From Candidatus Cloacimonadales bacterium (GTDB lineage Bacteria > Cloacimonadota > Cloacimonadia > Cloacimonadales > JAIOQZ01): a stretch of 64,000 nucleotides of DNA. Numbering within the stretch: the stretch's first letter is position 1; every line of letters starts with the position of its first letter. Positions 47,201-56,051 of the stretch are shown in pieces. The stretch covers positions 160,001 through 224,000 of the forward strand of contig CAXXTU010000002.1 of assembly GCA_963662655.2 (NCBI GenBank), in the 5' to 3' direction. The position numbers and the translations under genes are program-made. Under the pieces are notes generated by a model. It saw only the letters and a list, made by a program, of their open reading frames with translations. It did no database searches and had not been told where the DNA came from.

Positions 47201-49683
47201 CTCAGCGCGCCGTACACATCCTGAAGGATGGTTTCGCCGTTGTTCTTGACTGTGATCTTCAGATCGCTCGATTCGCCCGGCTCGATTACGCCGTCGTCGC
47301 CGTCTTCGTACGTATAGCTTTCGATGTCGATGTCATTACCCATGATCTCCATCCAGAAGCTGCTGTCCCAACTGTTGCCGCCTTCTTCGGCGATCTCCAG
47401 ATCGAACCTCGCGTTGTGCATGTTCGGTGCGTCGGCCGCGATTTCGAAAACGTATCCCGATTGGCCTTCAGCGCCGTTCCCGGCAGAAATGCTGCCGAAG
47501 GTGTCCGTGTTCTGGGTAATGGCAATGTATGGATCGTCGGTTGAGATGATCGCGGTTACGTTGGTGGCGGAAGAACCGCTGAAGTTATACAGGTCGATGA
47601 CGAGCTCGATGGTTTCCCCCGAGTTCGGCTCACCATTGCTGTTACCGCTCGATGCGCCAGCATCGTCGTCGTCCACAACCATTTGCGTGAAGGAAACACC
47701 ACCGGTCGAAGCGATGCTGAAATCTTCAAGAAGCGGTATGTAGTCCGGCTTGGTAACGGTCAGATCAACGGAGCCCGTAATGGAGGGATCGAGATTGAGA
47801 GTTATGCGGCCGGCTTCGTCTGTGAGGCCGGTGGAGAAGATGTCTTCGTCCATGCGGGCAGTGACCCACGCTCCTTCGAGCGCTTCGCCGTTCTCTTTGG
47901 TAACGGTGACGTCGATATAACCCTGTCCCATGCCGATGGAGCTGTCGAATTCGGCATGCATCTCCATCGGTTCACCGTGCCAGATGTCCATGGACGGATC
48001 GCCCATCAAGTTACACCATTGGGTAAAACTCTGGGTCGAGGTTGAATTCACGTTGTTGTAGCCGAGATACAGGAAGAGTTTGCCGGCCATGATCGCCTGC
48101 CCCATGTTGTGCATCCCGCTCGAGAACAGACCGTGGAAAATGCCGCCATGAAGAATATTGTTGTACTGCGTGTGGGTGCTGGCCGTCGACATGCCGATCG
48201 CGCATGCTCCGGCTACGGGAGCGGACGGCGTACCGGCGCGGAGAATCGCTTCGGAACGAGCTTCCGAATAATCCGCAAACGATCCTGTGTCGCACGTAAT
48301 GATAACAGCGTTGAATAGATGATTAACATTATCGAGTCCGTACGCGTTGGATGTCTCCCAGTCGCTCATGTGATAATAGCCGCGATAGCTGAAGAAGAGC
48401 GCGCCGGCATTGAGAGCGAGGTCCATCTGCGACGGGCTTGGCTGGGCGGAATACATCTCGGTGAATGTATGTGTCGGATCGTAAGAGAGGATGTCCTCTT
48501 TGACATACTTGCTGGTGATTTCACAGGAGAGGCCGGAAGGGCTCGTATCGCCTACCAATAGCGAGTGATGATACCAGTCCGTATCCCCGGTGTATGGGGT
48601 TCTTTCGTATTTGACGATCTTCGAGAGGATTGTCATCATGTCCGTGGCATCGCCAATGGTCAATCTTCCCACGAAGAGTTCGGGTAGGATGTCGTTGCCG
48701 TCGAGGCAGGCGTAGGGATGGTCGCCTTCTCCATTGCTGGCGCCATAGTAGGTCGCGACGTCGTAGCTTCCACCGACATCACCGATGAGAATGACATACT
48801 CGGGCGGATTTTCCCATGTGTTGTACGCATCCTGGATATAGGCTTTGATACTCGTGTTGCTTGTTCCGATATCGCCCGTACTCACGATGGTCACTTCAAA
48901 CCCTTTGTTGCGTTTCCAGTTTGCAAGCTGCTGCACCTGGTCGTCTATGGCCGTGTTGTTGCACTGAACCATAAGAATGCTTGGATTCTGATATGCAGGT
49001 TCTTCATCCCTGATATCGTCGTAATTCAATAGCACGGAACGATAGAGCGGTTCGAAACTGCGCGATAGCGGACGCTCGTTGTGAATTTCGTTTACAGCTT
49101 GTGAGTTAATCGTGTTAATCGTGAAAGAAATGTCTTCACGAACGATCAACTCGTGGGAGGCAGCGTCGTAGGCGTATGGAAAAATGTTTACCGGAACCAT
49201 ACGGAGGTTACGCATGATAACGGGCTGGCCGACGACGACAGCTTCTTCCGGGTATACGGAATCTCCTTGATAGAAGGCGTCGTTCAGCGTTAGCGCGCTG
49301 GATCTGTTGGATACTTCATTCTGGTAAGGGTAAACTGGAGGAATGGCTGAACGATCCTCAACCATACTGAGCTGTTCGAGCTGAACGGAACCAGTATTGG
49401 GAACTGCTATCATTGTGCTGAAGAAGGGCAGCTCGGGCAATCCCTCTTCTGCGGTGACAAAGGGAATATCTCTTTCAGCGATCTCGATCTTCGAGAAAGC
49501 ACCATTCCCGGATTCGATTGTCTCCTCGGTCCACTCAGGTGTTGTAAAATGCAACTGCAAGGAACCGGATGAGATCGAATCGTGAGAGAAGACGTCTGCG
49601 TTTGTGAGCACTTGATTTTCCATGGAAAATAACAGCGCTGTGGCCATGATCAGGATCATAGATGCGAGGATCTTTTTTTGCAC
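44203..49683 (-). CDS. Large gingipain-like C25 family protein with a FlgD-Ig/T9SS-like C-terminal domain (paralog of 16705-22128)
   Basis: 'GLPELP', 'YVILIGD', 'VGRLT', 'LLVGDTSPSG', 'SYRGYY', 'IITCDTG', 'LMGDP', 'GPDSYGY'; tail 'NFPNPFNPET...KMLLLK'; AAGGAG RBS with GTG start. Confidence 0.88.
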   Translation of the reverse strand: MQKKILASMILIMATALLFSMENQVLTNADVFSHDSISSGSLQLHFTTPEWTEETIESGNGAFSKIEIAERDIPFVTAEEGLPELPFFSTMIAVPNTGSVQLEQLSMVEDRSAIPPVYPYQNEVSNRSSALTLNDAFYQGDSVYPEEAVVVGQPVIMRNLRMVPVNIFPYAYDAASHELIVREDISFTINTINSQAVNEIHNERPLSRSFEPLYRSVLLNYDDIRDEEPAYQNPSILMVQCNNTAIDDQVQQLANWKRNKGFEVTIVSTGDIGTSNTSIKAYIQDAYNTWENPPEYVILIGDVGGSYDVATYYGASNGEGDHPYACLDGNDILPELFVGRLTIGDATDMMTILSKIVKYERTPYTGDTDWYHHSLLVGDTSPSGLSCEITSKYVKEDILSYDPTHTFTEMYSAQPSPSQMDLALNAGALFFSYRGYYHMSDWETSNAYGLDNVNHLFNAVIITCDTGSFADYSEARSEAILRAGTPSAPVAGACAIGMSTASTHTQYNNILHGGIFHGLFSSGMHNMGQAIMAGKLFLYLGYNNVNSTSTQSFTQWCNLMGDPSMDIWHGEPMEMHAEFDSSIGMGQGYIDVTVTKENGEALEGAWVTARMDEDIFSTGLTDEAGRITLNLDPSITGSVDLTVTKPDYIPLLEDFSIASTGGVSFTQMVVDDDDAGASSGNSNGEPNSGETIELVIDLYNFSGSSATNVTAIISTDDPYIAITQNTDTFGSISAGNGAEGQSGYVFEIAADAPNMHNARFDLEIAEEGGNSWDSSFWMEIMGNDIDIESYTYEDGDDGVIEPGESSDLKITVKNNGETILQDVYGALSTNSYFLRVDDSLAYFGPITPGSVVNCESNMFNVTGLSLALPGMEVKASLRLFNDSGYEEIEHITLQVGNRGAGDPIGPDSYGYVCYDSGDTDYLEAPVYDWIEIDPSYGGTGTNTGINDNVDQGDDLVYVDLPFTFNFYGEEYSEVGICSNGWITFAQSEQVSFRNWFIPGALGPRAMVAAFWDELRTTPGGVFTWFNEEESYFVIEWSHNQNLQSSAEETFQIILYNPEAYLTPTYDGMIKIQYKTFNNVDSYNDNYSSQGNYCTVGIEDHTELRGLMYTYNDEYPSGAMELGNETAILFTGLPMSSQDSYLVYGNYTIHDADGSGYVDAGESIDLSIRIDNVGLSEATNNTGTIVTDSPYINITDANAQYADIQSTYGAYNLSYFSFDVLESCPNQYVAHFMLQLNNDDGYWEYPFTITVIKPSVTLSSTVVYDINGNNDGVLDPGEDAYLAISLENQSSSKAFDVMGELTVDNELITIEEAELSFGDLTPGMNMQKAYRLSIDSSVPAETNTEFALNVEMRGGNPQTFNIMATIGIWGAQTDFEESAWGFSSNDLWEWGTPSQGAHSGEKAWGTRLYANYMNNADWKLDSGLFYIGTSTELHFWHKYLTQTGSDGGNVKISIDGGNTWEVIEPEGGYPDDAIAFSNTGIGGEPAYTGYQTQWAEAVFNLMPYAGNYARLRWHFGSDGSTIAYGWTIDDVSITGSQEKGVVVSGTVTLSENAADVEDALVTVGSYSTRPNEDGDYILYTSEGTYDMLGSLQYFESDRIEGIEAVLGSASENNNLVLTYLQPVVTPASEVVDGRVNLSWEYAAPTHHAVRNQKGRKEMSREEFQNFRIYRQCETGPIHLIVDNLTENIYQDQIDSLKTYRYLIEVVYDAGSSVPVEIDGVYWDGTMSDHQPDAPVYANQLRGNFPNPFNPETRIEFSLKQAGKTSLKIYNIKGQLVKTMVNDHLAEGNHSIIWHGRDNNDKAVSSGLYLYRLETNGYDSTKKMLLLK

Positions 49684-49907
49684 AGTTAACTCCTTACTGT
49701 ATTGTATTGCGTAGTATTAATCCCAGATAAGACAATATATAATACAAGATAGATTCCAATTCTGTGATATTCGTGTGAACAAATCGTTTCCCCGTTCTTT
49801 ATTTGTTTGAAAAACACATAATTAGCTCTTTACCGCTTTTTTACTTGACCTGTGGTTATTGCGGATAATTTCTAACATGAATCAAAAAGAAGGACGAGGC
49901 TGGAATT

Positions 49908-52343
49908 GTGACAATGACATTGACTCAAGCTGGAAAATGGTTTATCAAAATGATCGTAGCGGGATTTTTTTTGCTAGCGATCCTCCCCCTGAATGCTCAA
50001 TCAAATCGAACCGGTAACATCGCGGGTCGTATCAAGGATGACGCCACGGAAGCGCCCATTCCGCAGGTCGCGGTGTTTATAGACGACGACGAAGCGTGGG
50101 GATTCTCGAATGAGAATGGCGAATACCTGATCAAGAATATCCCCGCCGGAACCCATCAGATCAGCTACAAGCGCGTGGGTTTCGAGCCTCGAACCAAAAT
50201 CAATGTTCTCATACAGCCCAACGTAACCCAGACGATCAACGTCGAGATGAAAGTCCAGACGCTGAAGATCGAGAAGTACACGGTTACCGGCGAAACGTTC
50301 TTCCGCGAGCCGGAAGACGCGCCAGTCAGCGCAAAAACGCTCGACATCGAAGAAATCCGCACGCAGCCTGCCGGGGCTTACGACATCCAGCGAGCGGTGC
50401 AGGTTACGCCGTCCGTGGTGTCGGGTTCCGACGCGATGAACGAGATCATCATCCGGGGCGCGAACTACGGAGAGAACCTCTTCGTGCTGGACAATATTGA
50501 ATTGCAGAACCCCAATCATTTTGCCTACCCCAATTACGGCGGCGGTCCCGTTTCGCTGATCACGCCGGAGATGGTGAAGGAACTCACGCTGTACAGCGGT
50601 GCGTTCCCCTCTCGCTACGGCAACAAGGCGTCCTCGGTTCTTGATATCCAGACACGCGACGGGAACGAGAAGGAGTATCAGATGATGGTCGATGCGAGCC
50701 TGACGGGCTACGGCGGCCACGTGGAGGGGCCCATCACCGACAAGAGTTCGTTCCTCGCATTCTATCACCACGGCTTCCTCAACCAGATTGCCGATGAGAT
50801 CGGCTTGAACGCAGACCCCGACTATCAGTCTGTATATGCCAAGGAGACCGTGCGGCTCTCTCCAACGAACAAGCTTACCTTCACGCAGCTTTGGGCGGAC
50901 AACTATGTGGAGGTCGCGCATGACGATTCCTCGGGATTCTCTTCGAGCGCAGATGGGGAAGATGTCTATCTGAAATCGGGCCAATATATGTTTGGCGCTA
51001 CATACAAGAAAGTATTCCACGGTCATTACTCGTTATATACGATCTACAACAGCCATCGCTGGTGGGATCTGGAGACCTATCTCGAAGGCGAGAAGGACGA
51101 CGAGCACCTTGCCACCGAATATATCGCGGACGAGAACCGGCTGGGCTTCAAGTACTCGCATTTCCTGCCCGAGACCTGGATCGGCAAGCTCGAACCGGGC
51201 GTTGCCATCGTTTACGACTACATCGATTCGGATCTGTATTTCAGGCCGGATACGACGTTTGTCTATGACTCGGACGGGACTATCGTCGATACGCTCAATG
51301 TGAACGGATTCGGCGAAGGTGCGATTGACTGGAGCAAGAAGGAATTCAACACCATGCGCTACAGCGGGTACCTGCAATGGGACAAAAGTTTTGGCAGGCT
51401 GAATGTGACTGCCGGTGGTCGTGTGAGCTATTTCGATTACACGGACGAGACGACCTTCGCTCCGACATTCGGATTGAAGTACCGCGTTACCGATTTTTCC
51501 AACCTGCGATTCGGATTGGGCAGATATTATCAGACGATCGACAACCTTGCGCTCTCGTACGACGACCGGAACAAGGATCTGCGTTCGAAGCAGGCGGATC
51601 ATCTTGTGCTCGGATGGGACGCTCTCCTTTCGGAGGCGGCATTGCTGCGGATCGAGACCTACTACAAAGAGTACGACAATTGCTTTGTCCGAGAGCATGA
51701 GACGACGGTGGATTCGCTTGACTGGTCGAGTAGAACGCTCAACTCCGGCGATGCATACAGCTATGGTATCGAGACCTTCATACAGAAGAAGTTGCAAGAC
51801 AACTGGTTCGGGTCGATCGCTTATTCATGGTCGAAGGCTTTTATCAAGGATTATCGATATCCAGACAAGGAAGTCCCCTGGGATTTCGATTACCGTAACG
51901 TGCTGTCCGTCGTAATGGGATACCAGTTCGACTTCCTGCAATACGACTGGTATCTGGATAATCGCGACTGGATGTTCTGGCTGGGATTCCTGTCCGTTCT
52001 ACCGGCAGATCAATCCGAGATTTCGCTAAAATTCCGCTATATGGGTGGACGTCCCTATACGGAGATGACGTATTCCGATGCGTCGCGGAAATGGTATTTC
52101 GATGCCGAAACCCAGCAGAACGGCGGGAGATTGCCCGATTACAAGCGCTTGGACTTGCATGTACATCACCACTGGCTGCGCGACAATATAACGATCGAGT
52201 ACTATTTCGAGATCGACAATCTCTTCAATCGCAAGAACGTGTGGAGCTACAATTTCAACGACAATCCCGATGGGACGCATAGTCGCGAAACGGTCTACCA
52301 GTGGGGACGAACGTTCCTGGCTGGTATAAAAATTGGATTTTAA
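49908..52343 (+). CDS. TonB-dependent receptor with an N-terminal carboxypeptidase-regulatory-like domain
   Basis: Plug 'IIIRGA...ENLFVLDNIE', 'GAFPSRYGNKASSVLDI', 'RLPDYKRLDL', 'NLFNRKN' and a C-terminal Phe. Exact start uncertain. Confidence 0.9.
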   Translation: MTMTLTQAGKWFIKMIVAGFFLLAILPLNAQSNRTGNIAGRIKDDATEAPIPQVAVFIDDDEAWGFSNENGEYLIKNIPAGTHQISYKRVGFEPRTKINVLIQPNVTQTINVEMKVQTLKIEKYTVTGETFFREPEDAPVSAKTLDIEEIRTQPAGAYDIQRAVQVTPSVVSGSDAMNEIIIRGANYGENLFVLDNIELQNPNHFAYPNYGGGPVSLITPEMVKELTLYSGAFPSRYGNKASSVLDIQTRDGNEKEYQMMVDASLTGYGGHVEGPITDKSSFLAFYHHGFLNQIADEIGLNADPDYQSVYAKETVRLSPTNKLTFTQLWADNYVEVAHDDSSGFSSSADGEDVYLKSGQYMFGATYKKVFHGHYSLYTIYNSHRWWDLETYLEGEKDDEHLATEYIADENRLGFKYSHFLPETWIGKLEPGVAIVYDYIDSDLYFRPDTTFVYDSDGTIVDTLNVNGFGEGAIDWSKKEFNTMRYSGYLQWDKSFGRLNVTAGGRVSYFDYTDETTFAPTFGLKYRVTDFSNLRFGLGRYYQTIDNLALSYDDRNKDLRSKQADHLVLGWDALLSEAALLRIETYYKEYDNCFVREHETTVDSLDWSSRTLNSGDAYSYGIETFIQKKLQDNWFGSIAYSWSKAFIKDYRYPDKEVPWDFDYRNVLSVVMGYQFDFLQYDWYLDNRDWMFWLGFLSVLPADQSEISLKFRYMGGRPYTEMTYSDASRKWYFDAETQQNGGRLPDYKRLDLHVHHHWLRDNITIEYYFEIDNLFNRKNVWSYNFNDNPDGTHSRETVYQWGRTFLAGIKIGF

Positions 52344-52415
52344 ATCAATTACATCAATTTTTGTTGACAGGATCGTTTTACTATTTCATCGTATCTTCAA
52401 TCGATGGAGGAATAT

Positions 52416-53885
52416 GTGAGAAAGTATGCTTTGATCGGCCTTCTGGCCTTGTTAACGATTCATTTGTTTGCCCAGGGTTACGACCAGTGGAATTATCCGA
52501 GATTCAGCGGAGTGCAGGAAGACGATACGATCATGATTCGTTGTGAAGCGAGCTTGCAGACGATGGTTCTGAATCTTGTCGAGGGTGAAGTGAACGAAAC
52601 GAACATGATTCAGAATGGCCCGGGGATCGAGACCTTTTCCGCCAATGTTCCTGCTCCTGCCGGCGACGACAAGTATTTTGGATTCAGGATCGTTGGTGAG
52701 AACGAGAATTTCGCGTTGCCGGTGTATTATCCATTAGCCGACATGCCTCCGGCATCGAGGATTACCAAGCTTGCGGATGACGATCCCGACGATTCGCTTC
52801 TCGACGACGCGAACATGGAGATCGTAGCGGATTACGCCACGTTCTCGAACAACCATCTGATTGCTTCGATCGAGAATGCAGGTGGGGGCTTCCCTACGTC
52901 TGCCGGCTGGACTTTCTTCACATACTCATTTGGGATACTGAATCCCCTGGATCCGGAGACATTCCCGGTGTTTGCGATGGTTTATACGGTGAATCAGCCG
53001 GGCATCATGCAGCCGGGGCTCTATAAAATGGTTGGCGATAGCGGATTGGACGATATGATCATGATCGGCGATATCGTGACCGAGGTTGATGCTGCGAACA
53101 ATCGCCTTTCGATGTATTGCGACTGGCAGGATCTATTGGATGACGACGATTTCACCAGTTGGTTCGATCTGGAGAATCCACACATCCTTTGCGGTTCCAT
53201 GACTGCGGAGTACTCGATTACACAGGGTATGGTCAACGCCGACAACGGAATAGGCACGCACCTCTATCCGAGGGCGTTCATAATAGAACCATTTACAAAC
53301 ACAATGCCGCAACTTACCGACATTCATCTGATTCAGGAAGGCGAGCAAGCCTATATCGAGCTCAACTACTCGGATGCCGAGAGCAATTTCCCGATTCTGG
53401 CAGAGGTCGAGGCCGAAGGTGTGACTCGAAGCTTCTATCCGATGAGCTACGACTACACAGAAACGGTTGCGTTCCGCTCGGAGAATATTGCCGATCTGAT
53501 CAGCGGAAGTGGCGGATTCAGCGGCGAAATCAACTTCAGCGACGACAACATTCATTTTGCGACGGAGTACCTCATGGATGTCGATGCCGGAGATGTTCAT
53601 GGTTTTACACGCACGGATTTGATGCCCAACATGCCGAATCCATTCAACCCGAACACCGAGATCAACTACAGCCTGGCTCAGGATTCTCATGTTAATCTTT
53701 CCATTTACAACAGTAAGGGGCAGATTGTTCGAGAGCTGGATTCCGGTCACAAGAAGACGGGCATTCACAGTGTGTCCTGGGACGGCCTGGACCGGAAGGG
53801 TCATTCGGTTGCCACGGGTGTGTACTTATACATACTCAAGACGGATTCCGAGAAGATCGTACGCAAGATGCTTCTTCTCAAGTAG
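52416..53885 (+). CDS. Secreted protein of unknown function with a FlgD-Ig/T9SS-like C-terminal domain
   Basis: Signal peptide (GTG 52416 after GGAGG), acidic unrecognised body, tail 'NMPNPFNPNT...TGVYLY...KMLLLK'. Confidence 0.8.
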   Translation: MRKYALIGLLALLTIHLFAQGYDQWNYPRFSGVQEDDTIMIRCEASLQTMVLNLVEGEVNETNMIQNGPGIETFSANVPAPAGDDKYFGFRIVGENENFALPVYYPLADMPPASRITKLADDDPDDSLLDDANMEIVADYATFSNNHLIASIENAGGGFPTSAGWTFFTYSFGILNPLDPETFPVFAMVYTVNQPGIMQPGLYKMVGDSGLDDMIMIGDIVTEVDAANNRLSMYCDWQDLLDDDDFTSWFDLENPHILCGSMTAEYSITQGMVNADNGIGTHLYPRAFIIEPFTNTMPQLTDIHLIQEGEQAYIELNYSDAESNFPILAEVEAEGVTRSFYPMSYDYTETVAFRSENIADLISGSGGFSGEINFSDDNIHFATEYLMDVDAGDVHGFTRTDLMPNMPNPFNPNTEINYSLAQDSHVNLSIYNSKGQIVRELDSGHKKTGIHSVSWDGLDRKGHSVATGVYLYILKTDSEKIVRKMLLLK

Positions 53886-53901
53886 GTTTTTCCAACTCTT
53901 C

Positions 53902-53930
53902 AAGCCCTCTGCGAAATCAGGGGGCTTTTT
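53902..53930 (+). terminator. Rho-independent terminator
   Basis: AAGCCCTCTG/CAGGGGGCTT stem plus TTT. Confidence 0.75.
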
Positions 53931-53948
53931 CATAGTTTATCGTCTATC

Positions 53949-54078
53949 GGCGTGGCATCTTCGCCCGATCCCTCGCTCCATCGTGGATATACCACACCCT
54001 TGCAGGAAAAAGGGGATAAGGTGGCAAGGGTGTGAAACACCACGATTCCGCTGACGATCGAACGAACCTCCTCACACC
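53949..54078 (-). repeat. Dispersed long-hairpin family H, full copy (inverted)
   Basis: Minus strand reads GGTGTG..GGTTCGTTCGATC...CGTGGTGTTTCACACCCTTGC...GCAAGGGTGTGGTATATCCACG...GATCGGGCGAAGATGCCACGCC, colinear with 33387-33511. Confidence 0.85.
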
Positions 54079-54091
54079 TGTTTGCTGAATG

Positions 54092-54119
54092 AAAAAAGGC
54101 TACCTTATCGGGCAGCCTT
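54092..54119 (-). terminator. Rho-independent terminator after the aminotransferase gene
   Basis: Minus strand AAGGCTGCC/GGTAGCCTT stem plus TTTT. Confidence 0.7.
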
Positions 54120-54140
54120 CAGTACAAAGAGATACTACAA

Positions 54141-55340
54141 TTATCGATTCATGTAAGCTTCGAGGGCTTTCTTGAAGATATTCATCGCCTTTCGGAGGTC
54201 GTTTTCGTTGAGGATGTACGCCAGGCGTACTTCGTCCTTGCCGAGTCCCGGAGTGGCGTAGAAGCCTTGCGCAGGAGCTACCATGACGGTTTCGCCGTCG
54301 ATCTGGAAATCTTTCATCATCCAAATAGTGAAATCTTCCGCGTCTTCGATGGGCAGCTTTGCGATGATGTAAAACGCGCCTGTGGGCTTGCGGCAGATGA
54401 CGTTGTCGATGCTGGTGAGTTCTTCGTAAACGATGTTTCTGCGCTTATCGTATTCCACCAGGATATCCTGGAAATACTGTTCCTCGATATCGATGGCCGC
54501 GTTGGCAGCGAGCTGATCGATGGTGGGAGGGCAGAGCCGTGCTTGCGCGAACTTAAGAACTGCGCTCATGAGTTCCTGATTGCGACTGATAATGCAGCCG
54601 ATGCGAGCGCCGCACGCGCTGTAGCGCTTGGAGATGCTGTCGACCATGATGGCGTGTTTTTCCATTCCCGGAATTTCCATGATACTCGTGTGCTTCAGGC
54701 CGTCGTAAATGAATTCGCGGTAGACTTCGTCCGCGATGATGTAGAGATCGTTCTTCCTGGCGATTTCACAAACGCGTTCGATATCTTCGCGGCTGTATAC
54801 CGCACCGGTTGGATTACCCGGATTGCAGATCATGATTGCGCGGGTTCTGTCGCCAATCTTGCTTACGATCGTCTCGTCGTTCGGGAGTGCGAATCCGTCT
54901 TCAGCGTAGGTGGTAAGCGGGACGATGTTCACTCCGGCTTGCGTGGCAAAACCGTTGTAGTTGGTGTAGAACGGCTCGGGGACGATGATTTCATCGCCTG
55001 GATTGCATGTTACCAGCAGTGCGAAGATGATCGCTTCGGAACCTGCCGTGGTAACGATGATCTCCGTCTTGTCTGTTGTTTCGAGATTGATGTTGTGGCG
55101 TTTATAGTAGCGAACCAGATTCTTGCGGTACTCGAGAAGTCCCTGAGAGGGGCCGTACGCCAGAACCTTGTCCTCGTAGTTAGAATAAACGTCGAGCATC
55201 GCTTTTGGCGTTTCGATATCGGGCTGGCCGATATTCAGATGGTAAACGTGGATGCCGGCATTTTTCGCCTCGGTAGCGTAGGGATAGAGCTTGCGGATGG
55301 GTGATTCCTGCACCTGAAGAGCTCGTTGTGATACTTTCAT
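54141..55340 (-). CDS. PLP-dependent class I/II aminotransferase (aspartate aminotransferase-like)
   Basis: 'LNIGQPD', 'NPGNPTG', 'IADEVYRE' and PLP lysine in 'SISKRYSACGARIG'. Confidence 0.93.
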   Translation of the reverse strand: MKVSQRALQVQESPIRKLYPYATEAKNAGIHVYHLNIGQPDIETPKAMLDVYSNYEDKVLAYGPSQGLLEYRKNLVRYYKRHNINLETTDKTEIIVTTAGSEAIIFALLVTCNPGDEIIVPEPFYTNYNGFATQAGVNIVPLTTYAEDGFALPNDETIVSKIGDRTRAIMICNPGNPTGAVYSREDIERVCEIARKNDLYIIADEVYREFIYDGLKHTSIMEIPGMEKHAIMVDSISKRYSACGARIGCIISRNQELMSAVLKFAQARLCPPTIDQLAANAAIDIEEQYFQDILVEYDKRRNIVYEELTSIDNVICRKPTGAFYIIAKLPIEDAEDFTIWMMKDFQIDGETVMVAPAQGFYATPGLGKDEVRLAYILNENDLRKAMNIFKKALEAYMNR

Positions 55341-55355
55341 AACGTACCTCGCAGT

Positions 55356-56051
55356 TCAAATTTTATTTTCATCTGGCAGGTTTTTCAAGCGGTTGATTCT
55401 TGTCAACTCTGTCATGGCATTTTGTACGAGATTATATTTCCCAGTGATGTCTTCTTTGTTTTCGATGTAGATCGGATCCCCGTAACGGATACGGATACGG
55501 GCAAATAGCTTCGGGAACCGGAAGCGATCCCAGGAACTGAATTCGTAGACCCGATCGACGTCCATCACAATGGGAACAAGGGGCAGCTTTGTGTAATACG
55601 CGAGGAAGAGCGCGCCCTCTTTCACGACATGCGCGGGGCCTTTCGGTCCGTCGGTAACGATGAGCACGGAGCGTTCCTTCGCAACGCGGATGATCTCCTT
55701 GGCTGCCTTCATGCCGCCGCGCGCCGCCGAGCCGCGAATCGCCTTGAATCCGAACATCTCGGATGGCGCGGTTATGTAATCGCCGTCCTTGGAGTGAGAG
55801 ACCAGAAACGCTATTCCTTCGAACATCCTCGAATACATTGCAAGAATATTCTGGTGCCAGAGAAGGAAGAGCGCGTGCTGGCTCTTGTCTTCATTGACGC
55901 GCTCGATTTTCCAGGTCAGCCCGTACAGATAGATAAAAGCCGTTCCAAGGTAGCGTAGCAAGAACACGATGAATTGGTGAAATGCGTTACTGCGGGTTAT
56001 GCGTCGGAGAAGACCTTTCTTCTTTTTCCTCTTGGATCCTTCAGACATCAA
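55356..56051 (-). CDS. Lysophospholipid acyltransferase family protein (DUF374)
   Basis: 'LLWHQ', 'SHSKDGD', 'IRGS..RGG', 'TDGPKGP' and 'SWDRF'; directly downstream of lpxB. Confidence 0.85.
   Translation of the reverse strand: MMSEGSKRKKKKGLLRRITRSNAFHQFIVFLLRYLGTAFIYLYGLTWKIERVNEDKSQHALFLLWHQNILAMYSRMFEGIAFLVSHSKDGDYITAPSEMFGFKAIRGSAARGGMKAAKEIIRVAKERSVLIVTDGPKGPAHVVKEGALFLAYYTKLPLVPIVMDVDRVYEFSSWDRFRFPKLFARIRIRYGDPIYIENKEDITGKYNLVQNAMTELTRINRLKNLPDENKI

Noticed and set aside
44203..49683. Recent duplication, invertible segment or DGR-type template/variable repeat between the two large C25 genes
   Set aside because: Similarity is at the protein level with diverged DNA. I saw no long identical repeats, adenine-specific mismatch pattern, recombinase or reverse transcriptase.
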